From Alloascoidea hylecoeti (Eukaryota): 64,000 nucleotides of DNA. Under the pieces are notes generated by a model, which did no database searches, had not been told where the DNA came from, and saw nothing but the letters and a program-made list of their open reading frames with translations. Positions 50,930-63,034 of this stretch are shown piece by piece. The DNA lies in NCBI GenBank assembly GCA_001600815.1, contig BCKZ01000005.1, positions 133,532 through 197,531 of the forward strand, in the 5' to 3' direction. Every line of letters starts with the position of its first letter. Position 1 is the stretch's first letter. A program made the position numbers and the translations under genes.

Positions 50930-51640
50930 TAAAGCGATACCAATTATAACGTCATCTACAAAAAGATCATTCGGTGACATTTTCAGACGATTTATTAGTT
51001 TAAAATCCAGTAATTTCCCAATTATGCATGTCCATCTAATGAACCAGAAATCAAATATTTATCATTAATATCAATACATCTAACCTCACCCGAATGAAAT
51101 TTGATATCGAAATTCTTTGTTAATTCCAAAATTTATTTCGGTATCGATCATTGATTGCTTATTTCTTATAATAGTAATATCTTGTATATTTAATTGTTTT
51201 AAAATCTCAGGATCTAGTTTACCTAAAACTCTTAAACTTTGAAAAGTTTCACAATCCCAAATTCCTATCGTACTATCATCTGAGTCAGTTAAAATCCAGT
51301 TCTTATAAAATTTTGCACACTCTGTTAAATCGGAATGACCACTTAATATATGCCTGGTAAAATTATTATTTTTTTTCAATTTGATTCTAAAAGAAAAACA
51401 CTCTTTATACATACCATGAATCAGTTTCTAAATCATCATTATTGTATTTCCAATATTTTTGATCTTTAAACTTAGATTTCCATATATCATCATATTCAGA
51501 TGCTTGTTTCCATGATTTAAATACTTTTCTACAATTAAGTGGAGTTTTTGGTGATAATGTTTTGAAGATTAAATCGTTTATTTCATAAGGGAAAATAATC
51601 AACAAAATCGAGCCTAGTTTCAAGATTCATTGTTGCTTAT
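50930..51640 (-). pseudogene. F-box/WD40 protein pseudogene
   Basis: F-box FPYEINDLIFKTLSPKTPLNCRKVFKSW...DDIWKS; frameshift near 51410; WD repeat LSGHSD...WILTDSDDSTIGIWD; downstream KYLISGSLDG after a stop. Confidence 0.75.
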
Positions 51641-52853
51641 CTAGTGTACTTGATATATGTGAATCAAGATCGGCGAAATAATGCCGTTTCTAATATATGA
51701 TGAATAGTTAGTTAATCTTTTTACTGGCAGAAGTTACGTGAAGTGGGCATACTTCTCTTTAAATATTAGGATAAAAACTTTACAGATTTATATAGAACAC
51801 TCACCTACAATTAACGTTTATATTCGCACACTAAACTACCAGAATCGAGCTCACATCATCAAGATGATGATCTCAGGCTACAGTTTGATATATTTATATA
51901 GTGGAAAAATTAATTAAAGTTACTCCCATTCAATCATAACTAATATGTATTTTACAGCAAGAGAAATATAAATCGAAACTCAATAGCAATTAACAAAATA
52001 ATATTCTAGGAGATAAATTAGTTTTGTTTGGTTAAACCTTAATAGAAAATATGGATTGCAATATTGAATTGATGTTGGATTCGATAATCAAACAAAGTTC
52101 ATAAAATTTGCAATTGTTGAAAAAAGTTAACCAGCACAGTCAAAACACAGCTAAGTATGAGAAATTTTATATCTTCTAGGATGACTTCGAATTTGTTTAA
52201 GTGGAGACAGGTATGAGGGGAGAGAATGCCCAATCAAACATTTCACCACGATCATCAGTAATTCATCACTTTTATTTTTTAAAAATTAAATGTATAAAGA
52301 CATATTGCGGGTAGTAATATTAATAGATATAAGGTCCTTATACAAAACAATATAGTGTTAAGTGAATGATTATACTTATACTTATAAAAATGCTATCGAA
52401 GTTTGCCAATTGCATCTTAAAGTCGCAATCACAATTGAAGAAACTGAAAATAGATTAACTAATACTATTACTCCAATTGCAAAAGGGTATTCTCCTCATG
52501 AACATACTCCGTCGTTAAATTATTATGGAGGCTGATATATTCGCGATAAACAATAATTCCAACTTAGGAAAACTTCAACAAAAAGTGCATTATTCTTTTA
52601 GAATTGGAACTTCACAGATTGTAAGGAATGGATTAATATTGGGTTTAACCAAACAGCGAAGGAAACTCTAAAATTTGAAGGAAAAAAGAACAATATTGTT
52701 TGTGATAGGAATAGATCTTCATCAATTTTACTCATGATTGGTCATACATCCCGCGCCCAAGACGTCGCTTTAATAACGCGAGGATCTGTTCATGCCAACA
52801 ACTTGTCAAGCTGCGCGTATACTATACCACAATTACTAGTTACAGCACAAGGG

Positions 52854-52895
52854 TGCCCACTGCCCACTGCCCACTGCCCACTGCCCACTGCCCAC
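52854..52895. repeat. (TGCCCAC)6 tandem repeat
   Basis: Six perfect 7-bp units in AT-rich intergenic DNA. Confidence 0.95.
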
Positions 52896-54178
52896 TACCC
52901 AACCACGGGTAGTCCGGATCGTATACATAATCTACAAGTATTTAGTTTTAAATTTAGAACTTGAATTTAATTCAAGCAATACAACGGTTTACCTCAACTT
53001 CAGGCATACGAAAACGACTCGATTAGATTGTATTTTCAAACGACTGGGTAACAAGTCAAATAATCCCATATGGCCAAAGATCAAAGATAACCTAATTGCA
53101 ACATGATAGCTAAAATATCATATGCATCACACCAGGCACAGGAAAAACTGTGGCTTATATTACATAAACTTTATATATTATTCACTCTTACATAATCTAA
53201 TTTCATATGTTTTTTTCCTTTCCAATTTAATCCAAATTTTGAAACAAGATCATGGGATGAAGAGAGATGATAATGATGATAATGATGATATATCTAAAAA
53301 TAGGTGTAAAATGCGAGCCTTTTACGAACCTCTTACTCTGGGCACAACTAGCTTTTGTAACGGATTTTTTATTAGTTAGCTTTACATTATATCACGTTAT
53401 AATTAAGTAGTGAAACGGTTTTTTTATATTTGAAAAACATATATTATAATTTATTTTTCAATTTGGGACCGTTTTCTGTTACCGTGAAACCTAAACACGT
53501 TCTTTTTCTTAAAAGCCCCTGCAGCTACATATGAATTTTACTGTTTTGGATTTAAGTTGCAAACTCAATTCTCGATATCTTGAAAAATGCATAATAATAT
53601 TAGTAAATACAAGCCTATTTGAGTTTGTTGTAGACACATTTCTTTTTTGTTTTGAAGATTAAAAGCTCGAGTAATGTAATATGGCAGTTAATAAAACTTT
53701 GAACATATTTGAAATTCATGCGACAAGCATAATATTATAAAGTGAGCTAATAATTTATAAATGAAAAACTTGATCAAATTATTAATCCCCACTTAAAAAG
53801 AGAAGCACATTGAAATCAAAAAAATCACAAACTTCATCTCTAAAGTATTAATTAATTATTATATTAACATTAACTATGTAATTACAAAAATATATGAAAT
53901 GATTAAATGAGAAGTAATTTTTATTTGTGGTAAAGAAATACACAAAATTAGAATGCTAAAAGAGAATGCATATGCAAAATAACTAAAATAAATATATATG
54001 CGATATATAAATTATAACATGATATGTAATTGAAGAATTAAAACATCACAAATCAATTTTTTTTTTTGTAAAACCCAAAACCATCAAGTAAATTAAATGA
54101 ATAGGGAAAAGACGAATATAAAAAACTTTTTTCAATTATAAGATTATAATAGTTATATAGAAACTAAACTATGATAAC

Positions 54179-55168
54179 TTATAAGAAGAAAGCAGCAGCA
54201 GCGAGTAAACCAAGGGCTGGAGCAACAACTTGAGCAGCGGCACCAGTGGCAACTGGGACAGATGGAGAAGTACCGTTTGAAGCAGCAGGAGCAGAGGAAA
54301 CTGGAACAGATGTAGACTCAACTGGGGCAGATGTAACTGGAGCAGATGTAACTGAAACTGGAGCAGATTCGACTGGAGTAGAAGCAGCAGTAGTTGCGAC
54401 AACTGGTGGAGAATAAGTAACAGTTGTAGAAGATTCTTGAACAACAACTGGGGTTTCAATTGGAACTTCAGTAAGAACACTGCTTGTCTTGACGGTGCAA
54501 CCTTCTTCAGGACATTTGGTGACGGTGACAGTACCTGGGGCAGTGACTGGGATGGTGACGGAACCGTGAGTCAAAGTGGTAGCAACAGGACAGTAAGTGG
54601 TGTACTTGGTAACAACGGTCTTGTAGGTAGAAGTAACATGTGTAGAAACGACTGGAACACTTGTGGGGACAAGGGAAGTCTTTTCAACGGTACAACCTTC
54701 TTCAGGACATTTGGTGACGGTGACAGTACCTGGGGCAGTGACTGGGATGGTGACGGAACCGTGAGTCAAAGTGGTAGCAACGGGACAGTAAGTGGTGTAC
54801 TTGGTAACAACGGTCTTGTAGGTAGAAGTCAAGGTGGTTGGTTCAACCTTTGGAACACATTTTTCTTCGGTACAGGTGATGGTCTTAACAGTGGTGGCTT
54901 CTGAAGGAGGTAAACCAGTGGTTGTAACGACCTTGGTGGTTGGGATGGTACAAGGACAGTCAGTGATGGTCAAGGTGGTGGCGCCGGTGACGGTGATGGT
55001 CTTGTCATTGATGGTCAACTCGGTGGCAGCTGGGCAGAAGGTGGTGAATTTAGTGACAACAGTGTCAACGGTTTTTGTGTAAACGAAAGTTGATTCGGTT
55101 CCATTGTGGAATCCTGCAAGAGCAGTACCGGTGAGGGCGAGGGAAGCGGCGGCAGTTGAGAATTTCAT
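54179..55168 (-). CDS. Sed1/Ccw12-like GPI cell-wall mannoprotein with flocculin type-3-like repeats
   Basis: Signal peptide; TTFCPAATELTINDKTITVTGATTLTITDCPCT; two near-identical 143-bp repeats (54492-54634 and 54687-54829); GPI signal; strongly biased codon usage. Confidence 0.88.
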   Translation of the reverse strand: MKFSTAAASLALTGTALAGFHNGTESTFVYTKTVDTVVTKFTTFCPAATELTINDKTITVTGATTLTITDCPCTIPTTKVVTTTGLPPSEATTVKTITCTEEKCVPKVEPTTLTSTYKTVVTKYTTYCPVATTLTHGSVTIPVTAPGTVTVTKCPEEGCTVEKTSLVPTSVPVVSTHVTSTYKTVVTKYTTYCPVATTLTHGSVTIPVTAPGTVTVTKCPEEGCTVKTSSVLTEVPIETPVVVQESSTTVTYSPPVVATTAASTPVESAPVSVTSAPVTSAPVESTSVPVSSAPAASNGTSPSVPVATGAAAQVVAPALGLLAAAAFFL

Positions 55169-56089
55169 TATTAAAGTTCAAAGGAAGGTTTAAGTTTGAG
55201 TTGGGCGAAGGTTTAAAAGTTGATGGGGTCAAGCGAAAGACTGAATCGGATGGAATCTGATGGTTTTGTTGCAGTGGCTGGAAAACGGGCCATTTAAATA
55301 CTTTGGGAGATGGTATATAATTAGAACCGCCTTGTCGCGAATGTAGCATTGCTAGCTGCGTAAGTCCGTACTTTTGGACCGTAGAGACCGTAAATTCTAA
55401 TTACTCACAATCCGAGATGAAATATTACTCGACTGCAGGGGCACGTGTGCATTCCAATTTGCACGCAATTAAACATTTAATCCATTTCAACGGCCCCACA
55501 TCCATCTAATTGTCAATTGCAATGCTACGCTTGGCGCAGGTGGCAATACAGGGCGTGGCTGTCTATGAAGGTTTTGCAATCTTCACAATACCTGTCGAGG
55601 AGGAGACATTCCAAATTAATTATTAATAGTCGCCGATTTTTATTTCCCACCTACTATTTTATATCCTCAGAGCTAGACGGACCACTAGTAAGCGACTTTG
55701 GGGGACACTTCAAAAGAGGGTCAGGATTAAGTAGAATGACAGTACTGCATGTAGAGTCTAGAGCTGTTTCATGAATAATCTACTGACCATGACAGTGTCT
55801 GACAGCGACATCCAATTTTCCTTTCTCTTTCTATTATTTGAAACTAAATATTCATAATTGTTCCGCATTCGAGTTCCATAATTAATTGCAGCCGGGCGAA
55901 GTCTAACGTTGCGCTTTTTTGGGACACCTCTCCAAATAAAAACCTATCTTTTTAATTTAAGTGAGATTTCAGGTACCGGTGATTATAATCCTGAGGATTG
56001 CTACCCAACGTTGGGTCGTAGATTAAGTTGATTGAAATATGTAATCTGAGTAAACACGACTTCCTGAGTCCCAACTACCGAATTGTCCA

Positions 56090-57085
56090 CTGTAACGAAA
56101 TGCGCCAAGAACTCGTCTGGTGTATCACTTCCTCGAACCGGAAACCCTACACATCTTACTTAATAGGGTAAATCAAAATTCTAATTAGAAGGATTAATTA
56201 TAAGGATTAATTATAAGGATTAATTGATATTGGAAAAGCAAACGGTTTTTCCTTGAATATTTTTGATGAGATGACCATTAAGTTTAACATTAATATATCA
56301 AAGACCTCCCAAAAAACCCTTCTGAAACAACATGGATATGGAACAATTCAGCATATAATAAATCTCATTTGAATAATAAGAACTTAAAGAAAATTTACTC
56401 TAAAGATAGATTAAAGTGCTCTCACGACCTTTGGGATGGTGACGTCATTACCATGGTGTAGTATTAATATTCACTAGTGATGATAGTGAATAGTAGTGAA
56501 TAGTAAATACTCGGTTAGAGGATCCGGGTTCGGAGAAGTATAAGTCTCATAGCAGACATGCCAAGCTTTTGAACCAAAAGATATTTATAATAGAAGGAAG
56601 TCTGATCTGTGAGGCTTACGGTATGAGTTTAAATCTGGGAAAGAGGTGGTGTTTTACAAAGTGGTTGGAAATACAAAAAATAAAAGAAGCCAACACAAGT
56701 TCCTATAGCTACATAAAACTTCTGGAAGAGGCTTCTGATGAGCTTGATAAGGGTGCCATATTTAAACAGGAGAACACACCTACCCATAATGCGGAAATCG
56801 TGGCGAAGTAACTTCGTGACCAGGATTTGGAATGGCAGCCTTTCACCAGACCTGAATTCGATTGAGCACATGTGAATTCTCCTCAAAAAGTATATCACAA
56901 GGTAGGAATTGCGATTATGAGCCATCCACATGGTGTGGAAGTGAATAAAGATCTCTTTTTGAAGTCTCTTTCAAACTATTTGTGCCTTATGAATCATGAT
57001 ATCATTGGTAATCTGATTGCAATTGACCTCACAGTCTCGTAGAGTGACGGCCGTATTAACGCTATAACACTAAATACTAAACTTA
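56090..57085 (+). mobile_element. Decayed Tc1/mariner transposase
   Basis: AIFKQENTPTH (FQQDNAPxH), EWQPF/SPDLNSIEHM*ILLK (WPxxSPDLNPIEHLW), terminal TKY*, and PRTGNPTHL near 56135. Stops and frameshifts throughout. Confidence 0.75.
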
Positions 57086-58059
57086 AAATGCCAATTTATA
57101 TAGTTTTACATCATAAAATCTTTAGAATTTACGGAACATTATTTACCATGTTAAGAAAAAGTTAAGGCCTTGTAGAATACTCATAAAGTTATTAATTATG
57201 TGTGGAGTGACGTTCGAAAAGAAGCACAACCTTTGATTTAATCCGGTTGCAACACTTTACCTTCCTTATACTTCAGCTTATACTCCACTGACATCCAGCA
57301 TCATCGATGACATCAATCAAGCCGTGCGATACCTAGTATTATACTAGTAAATATCTTAACCAAACTGTCCATAGATTTTTAATACATGTAACATGTCATA
57401 TGAATCATATTATACAGAACACAAGAAATAAATGATATATTATATCTAAATTAAAGATCGTATATTCTTTTTTAATACAAATCAATATACGGTATAACTT
57501 TTCCTCTTTCAGCTTTCCTATGTCTCTATTCTAGTTTTTTCTTCCCCTTTAATATTATGGACCTTGATATAATGATAAGCAAAATTAAGTTCAGAAGTTA
57601 GTTTTAGACCTCATTGAAATGTACTGTTATGTATTTAAAGTTTATGAGAACAACCTTTCTTCGGAACTTTGATTACTTGTATACAACAATTATTCCAGTT
57701 GTTATATTTAATCCAACTTATTGAGATTCATATATGTTTGCTGGTGACTATAAACAAATTAAAACTACAAAGAAACCAAAGTAGACCAATACAATTAAAG
57801 CCCAAATGTTTATGACAAGAAAACAAAATATATTGTATTTTCCCAAGTTTTCGATGAACGGTATCTATTACCAAAATCTTACGTATATCTCCTCACGTTT
57901 TAAAAGGTTTAAATTCATTCAATTGAAATGAAGGCTTATCCAAAGCTTTCATTTATGGAGATACATAAATAATGTTGTAGTTCTTTGTATATCTTATCAT
58001 TTGAATCTGAATCATCATTTGTAATATTATATTATCGTAATATTCATTATTGTGTTCTT

Positions 58060-58970
58060 AGATTTTAGTCGCTCATTACAATTGGGTGGTCTTGCAATTT
58101 TCTCTATTTCTAAAACTTGTTTCATCAGAATCAATAAATAAATATATTATTGAATATAAAAATTCTCATTCCTTATCAAAAAGATCAGATATTGGTGATG
58201 TTGCCCATGCTTTTATCAAACTTTAGCAAATGTTGGAATTAATGCAACTGCTAATTATAATCTTACAAGTGATATTTTTCAAGGTACTACTTTATCTATT
58301 TTAAGTAATACAATAATTGAAGATATTCAAAAATTAGATGATATTAAACATGTTTGGAAAGTATTATCACATTATTTAAATTATACAACTCCTGAATTTC
58401 CAGATCATCAAACATGGAATCCTCATTTAACAACTTTGCAGATAGGGGAACTTTTGCTGATGATGTTCAATACACCGTGGTGTTGAGAAAATTACATGAT
58501 AATTTTCATCGTCCCTTTGATTATGTATTTTTATCTAATAATGCAAAATCTGGAAAGCCTTTTGAAAATTATATTTATTATATCTTTTATCCCTTTAAAG
58601 GTCTTAGTATAACACAAAAAGAGGTTGGTAATTGGGTACACAAACAAATGAGGTGGTACTTATGAACATAAATCTTATCCAACTGTTGCTTCTCCTTGGT
58701 GGACATATCTTTTCAACATGGATTGGAGGTAGAGATAAACTTGGTGAATCTCCCGCCATTGATATTCGAACAAAATTTATTACTACTGCTAATAACATCA
58801 CAAGGTACGATGGATATACAGTAAATTCTACTGGCCATCCAGCACTTATTATTCAACAAGGTGATGGTTTAGTTGATGCTGTAAAATTATTAAACTATGC
58901 AACAATCATTACTTCAAATGCTGCTTTAGAACTTAACGACACTTTTAATAGAGTTTCCACCCCAATACAC
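58060..58970 (+). pseudogene. Secreted subtilisin (S8, fn3-type) pseudogene, 5' and middle fragments
   Basis: KYIIEY...SDIFQGTTL...IQKLDDIKHVW prodomain; GGHIFSTW; IIQQGDGLVDAVKLLNYATII...LELNDT. Internal deletions and stops. Confidence 0.7.
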
Positions 58971-60223
58971 TAGTCTTTCAACATAATTTTCAGTATCTAT
59001 TATTAGCTGGGTATCATTGGATGAGTCGAAGTTCATATGATATATTAGAATTAGTTTTATGGAACCTATTGTCGTAAGGCGCGAGAAATAGGGTGGTTTG
59101 AGGAATTATGACCAGCCATCCCAAAACGCGATAATCGAGAGCATATAAAAGTACTTTGTCTTTCAATGGCCACCAAACCTCCATCATAAGTTCAAATGGC
59201 TCGTACAAGATCTGTACAGAGTAAGAATGAGCGTCAGGATATGTTAGTAAACGCGGCTGTCGATTATAAGCGAAAACACATGAATCAGTCGTTCCAGAAG
59301 GTTTCTAAAAAATTCTCTCTGTTCTAAGATCAACTTTAAACGATCGTTTCAATGGTTTCATCATCACACAAGGATTCCCACATTTCTCAAATGGTTCTAA
59401 CTCCCCTTGAGAAAATGGAGCTTGTTCGGAGGCTATTGTTTTTCTCAAAAAATGGGTGTGCCGCTAATTTAAAACGGTTTCGTGAGATGGTGGATGGTCT
59501 GGTATACGAACGCGTTCAAAAAGATCCTTCTTTAAAATTACCTACCAAAAACAAGATAACTTCGCATTTCTGTTCNCGTNTTTNTNNNNNACNNNNNNGT
59601 NNNNNANAAANACGNGAACAGAAATGCGAAGTTATCTTGTTTTTGGTAGGTAATTTTAAAGAAGGATCTTTTTGAACGCGTTCGTATACCAGACCATCCA
59701 CCATCTCACGAAACCGTTTTAAATTAGCGGCACACCCATTTTTTGAGAAAAACAATAGCCTCCGAACAAGCTCCATTTTCTCAAGGGGAGTTAGAACCAT
59801 TTGAGAAATGTGGGAATCCTTGTGTGATGATGAAACCATTGAAACGATCGTTTAAAGTTGATCTTAGAACAGAGAGAATTTTTTAGAAACCTTCTGGAAC
59901 GACTGATTCATGTGTTTTCGCTTATAATCGACAGCCGCGTTTACTAACATATCCTGACGCTCATTCTTACTCTGTACAGATCTTGTACGAGCCATTTGAA
60001 CTTATGATGGAGGTTTGGTGGCCATTGAAAGACAAAGTACTTTTATATGCTCTCGATTATCGCGTTTTGGGATGGCTGGTCATAATTCCTCAAACCACCC
60101 TATTTCTCGCGCCTTACGACAATAGGTTCCATAAAACTAATTCTAATATATCATATGAACTTCGACTCATCCAATGATACCCAGCTAATAATAGATACTG
60201 AAAATTATGTTGAAAGACTAGTG
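58968..60223. repeat. Giant palindrome: about 608-bp arms around a 40-bp N-rich self-complementary core (59576-59615)
   Basis: Arms are reverse complements (coordinate sum 119191). Mirrored ORFs 59352(+)/59839(-) and 59014(-)/60177(+). Confidence 0.95.
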
Positions 60224-60420
60224 CTGCTGGCTCTAATAATCTAAATACTCTAAGTTAGAGAAAAAATCCCACTCCACAACAGAAAACACAAAAATTATAT
60301 ATTGAAAAATCATTATCAGAATTACGAGATTATATAGATTTTAGTAATAGTATTAAATTTAATTTATATTAGTTTTTGGTTAAGAAAATGGTGGTTGAAA
60401 ATATCAATTATGTTGTGTCC
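59220..60420. mobile_element. pogo/Fot1-like DNA transposon 5' fragment (HTH_psq plus CENP-B HTH), present in both arms; element end near 60420
   Basis: Frameshifted SFQKVSKKF..VLRSTLNDRFNG and QMVLTPLEKMELVRRLLFFSKNG....FREMVDGL resemble the Fot1/pogo N-terminus (VPRSTLxDRLxG; LTPxEExxLVxWI...G....VREMA). No DDE domain. Confidence 0.7.
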
Positions 60421-60429
60421 GGAATCCTT

Positions 60430-60695
60430 TATATGTATATACCAACTGGTAAATATAGAATTTTAGTAAGAAGATTTAAACCATTTGGAATTCTTGAAAA
60501 TATTGAAGATTAGGAATTAGTACTTTCATCACCGGTTAAAGTTCGTTATCCACATGATAGCAGTTCTAATTCAAGTAATGCTAGTCATTCAGAAGCTGAT
60601 AAAAATTATAAAAATGGAATCCCAAATTTACAGACTGATGTTGCACAGTACACTATGTTACTCCATCATCTATTTCTATTAAAGCTTAGTGCATA
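60430..60695 (+). pseudogene. C-terminal fragment of the interrupted subtilisin pseudogene
   Basis: IPTGKYRILVRRFKPFGILENIED*ELVLSSP resembles the C-terminal GxYRILxRALRxFG...WLSP block of fungal S8 proteases. Confidence 0.55.
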
Positions 60696-61040
60696 GGTAT
60701 TCATATTCAATATAATCGATTAACGTTAATTGAAGTTATAATAATTATGCAAATTTTATCCAAAGTGGGGTTTAAATTTGCAATTTAATTAAGATCTTCA
60801 TGATCATCATAAATTTTAGTATATTTTAGCTAATTAATTACATTCAGAATAAGCTATAGGATATTAAAACAAAATATTGCAATTTTATTTATTCGTTTCT
60901 TTTGAGCCATAAATCAAATATGTATATATACGTGTAGGAAATAAATTAAAATGAATTCCGATGATTATTTTGCTTGGCATTATTATAGAGGTTTAAGACT
61001 ATAGTAACAGCAATTGTATAGATAAATGAAATATAAATGA

Positions 61041-62291
61041 TTACTGTTTAACTTCCTTTTCAACGAATTTAGCAATAGTTTGTCTTTGAATATTTGAAGT
61101 ACCTTCATAAATAACACCAATTTTAGCATCTCTATAGAATTTTTCTAAAATCTCTTCTCTTGTAAAACCAACACCACCCATCCATTCTAAAGATTTTGAA
61201 GCAACTTCTTGAGCAATTTCAGTTGTATATAGTTTTGCCATTGCAGCCTCTTTAACAAAAGGTAAACCAGCTTCTTGCATTCTTGCAGCATTATAAACTA
61301 AATTTCTTGCAGCTTCAATTTTTGTTGCAGCTTCAGCAACTTGAAATTGAATACCTTGAAAATCACCAATATATTTACCAAATTGTTTTCGATCATTATA
61401 GATATAAGAAGTTGATCTATTAAAAGCACCTTGTGCAAGACCTAACATTTGAGCAGCAATACCAATTCTACCTTCATTTAAACATTCAATCGCAATTTTA
61501 TAACCTTTACCTTCTTCGCCTAATATATCTTCTTCTGGAACGAAGACTTCATCAAAATCAATAACACAAGTTGATGATGCTCTAATACCTAACTTTTTCT
61601 CCTTTTTAGCAATTTTAATACCTTGAGATTTATCTAATACAAAAGCAGTTATTCCTTTATAACCTTTATCAGGATTTAAATTTGCAAAAACGATGAAAAC
61701 ATCAGCCTCAAAAGAATTTGTAATCCACATTTTTGAACCAGTTAAATAATAACCACCATCTTTTTTCACAGCACGAGATTTTAAAGCAAAAGCATCAGAT
61801 CCTGATACAGATTCAGATAAAGCAAAAGAACCAACCTTTTCAGTAGCCAATTGTGGTAAATATTTCTTCTTTAAAGCATCAGAACCCCACTTTCTAATAC
61901 ATGTGTTAACTAAAGTATTTTGAACATCGTTTAAAACAGCAACACTTGGGTCAACTTTTGCTAATTCTTCAACGGTTAAAATTGCTGAAGTGAATGATGC
62001 ACCTGCCCCACCTAAATTCTCTGGGGTTTCAATACCCATTAAACCCATTTCGAACAGTGATTTAATGACCTCGGGATCCATACTTTCAGCTTCATCCATA
62101 TCACGTACTTTTGGAGCAATTACCTGGGAAGCGAAAGAAGCAACGGAATCACGAAACATTGACTCTTCATCCGATAAGATGGATAACGGAGATGAAGAAT
62201 AGCATCTCACAATGGGTTTTAAATTTCGTAAAGAAGTCGACAGAGGTCTTGAAGCGATTGGGATTGATTTTAGGGAAATAGAACGTAACAT
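61041..62291 (-). CDS. Mitochondrial short/branched-chain acyl-CoA dehydrogenase
   Basis: Presequence MLRSISLK..RCYS; FALSESVSGSDAFAL, GSKMWITN, KLGIRASST, LNEGRIGIAAQ, RKQFG, GGVGF and YRDAKIGVIYEGTSNIQ. Confidence 0.93.
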   Translation of the reverse strand: MLRSISLKSIPIASRPLSTSLRNLKPIVRCYSSSPLSILSDEESMFRDSVASFASQVIAPKVRDMDEAESMDPEVIKSLFEMGLMGIETPENLGGAGASFTSAILTVEELAKVDPSVAVLNDVQNTLVNTCIRKWGSDALKKKYLPQLATEKVGSFALSESVSGSDAFALKSRAVKKDGGYYLTGSKMWITNSFEADVFIVFANLNPDKGYKGITAFVLDKSQGIKIAKKEKKLGIRASSTCVIDFDEVFVPEEDILGEEGKGYKIAIECLNEGRIGIAAQMLGLAQGAFNRSTSYIYNDRKQFGKYIGDFQGIQFQVAEAATKIEAARNLVYNAARMQEAGLPFVKEAAMAKLYTTEIAQEVASKSLEWMGGVGFTREEILEKFYRDAKIGVIYEGTSNIQRQTIAKFVEKEVKQ

Positions 62292-62472
62292 TTTATAGAT
62301 TAAATACACGAATTCGAGGTTAAAATAGTAAATTTAGGAAAACTTAGAAAAACAGGATAATTGGAGGTTATATACATTTTAGTAGGTCGGTTATACACGG
62401 CCTATCCGTTTCCCAATTGGGTTTTATTGACATTCGGAGGGGTAGTCACATGCCCTTTCCGCTAAGGAACCA

Positions 62473-62910
62473 CTAAGGAACCACGTTGATTCCCGCCGAC
62501 TTGGCGACCGCAATAACGGACTTCGCTATCATCTCCAACCTCAGGTTCTCGTGTCTCAGGTCCGTCTGCTTGATCTGGGCAATGTGGTAAATGTGCTTCA
62601 GGCTGACCGTGCCTGCCACTTGGTGTCCCGGGGTGTCGCTGCCCTTCTCGATGCCTGCGGCTTTCATCAGCAGCCACACGGTATTGGGGCTCTTGGTTTC
62701 AAACGTAAACGTCCTGTCTGGTTTGATCGTAACAACCACGGGAACTGGTGTATCTGCGATGTATTCCTGTGTCCGGGCATTGAATTCTTTACAGAAATCA
62801 ATTGCTTTAACTCCTTTGGAACCGAGGGCCGGACCAACGGGAGGGGTTGGGGTGGCCTTTCCGGCTCCAACTATCATCTTTACCGTGTGGTTCACAAGGA
62901 CTTTAGACAT
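62473..62910 (-). CDS. MRPL19: Mitochondrial ribosomal protein uL11m
   Basis: [38 protein letters not shown]...DRTFTF...[13 protein letters not shown]...GINVVP. Confidence 0.95.
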   Translation of the reverse strand: MSKVLVNHTVKMIVGAGKATPTPPVGPALGSKGVKAIDFCKEFNARTQEYIADTPVPVVVTIKPDRTFTFETKSPNTVWLLMKAAGIEKGSDTPGHQVAGTVSLKHIYHIAQIKQTDLRHENLRLEMIAKSVIAVAKSAGINVVP

Positions 62911-63034
62911 TGTTGGGTTGTGCTGTTGGATCAAATCCGCTTCTGATGTTTCTGATGTTTCTGAGTAAAAGATTTTTCAGATACAAAACACCCATACACT
63001 TCGATTATGTAAGATTATATTTGACAATTGCTTG

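Noticed and set aside
57600..57960. Helitron/Pif1 helicase relic (FAGDYKQ)
   Set aside because: One motif only, with no other helicase motifs nearby.
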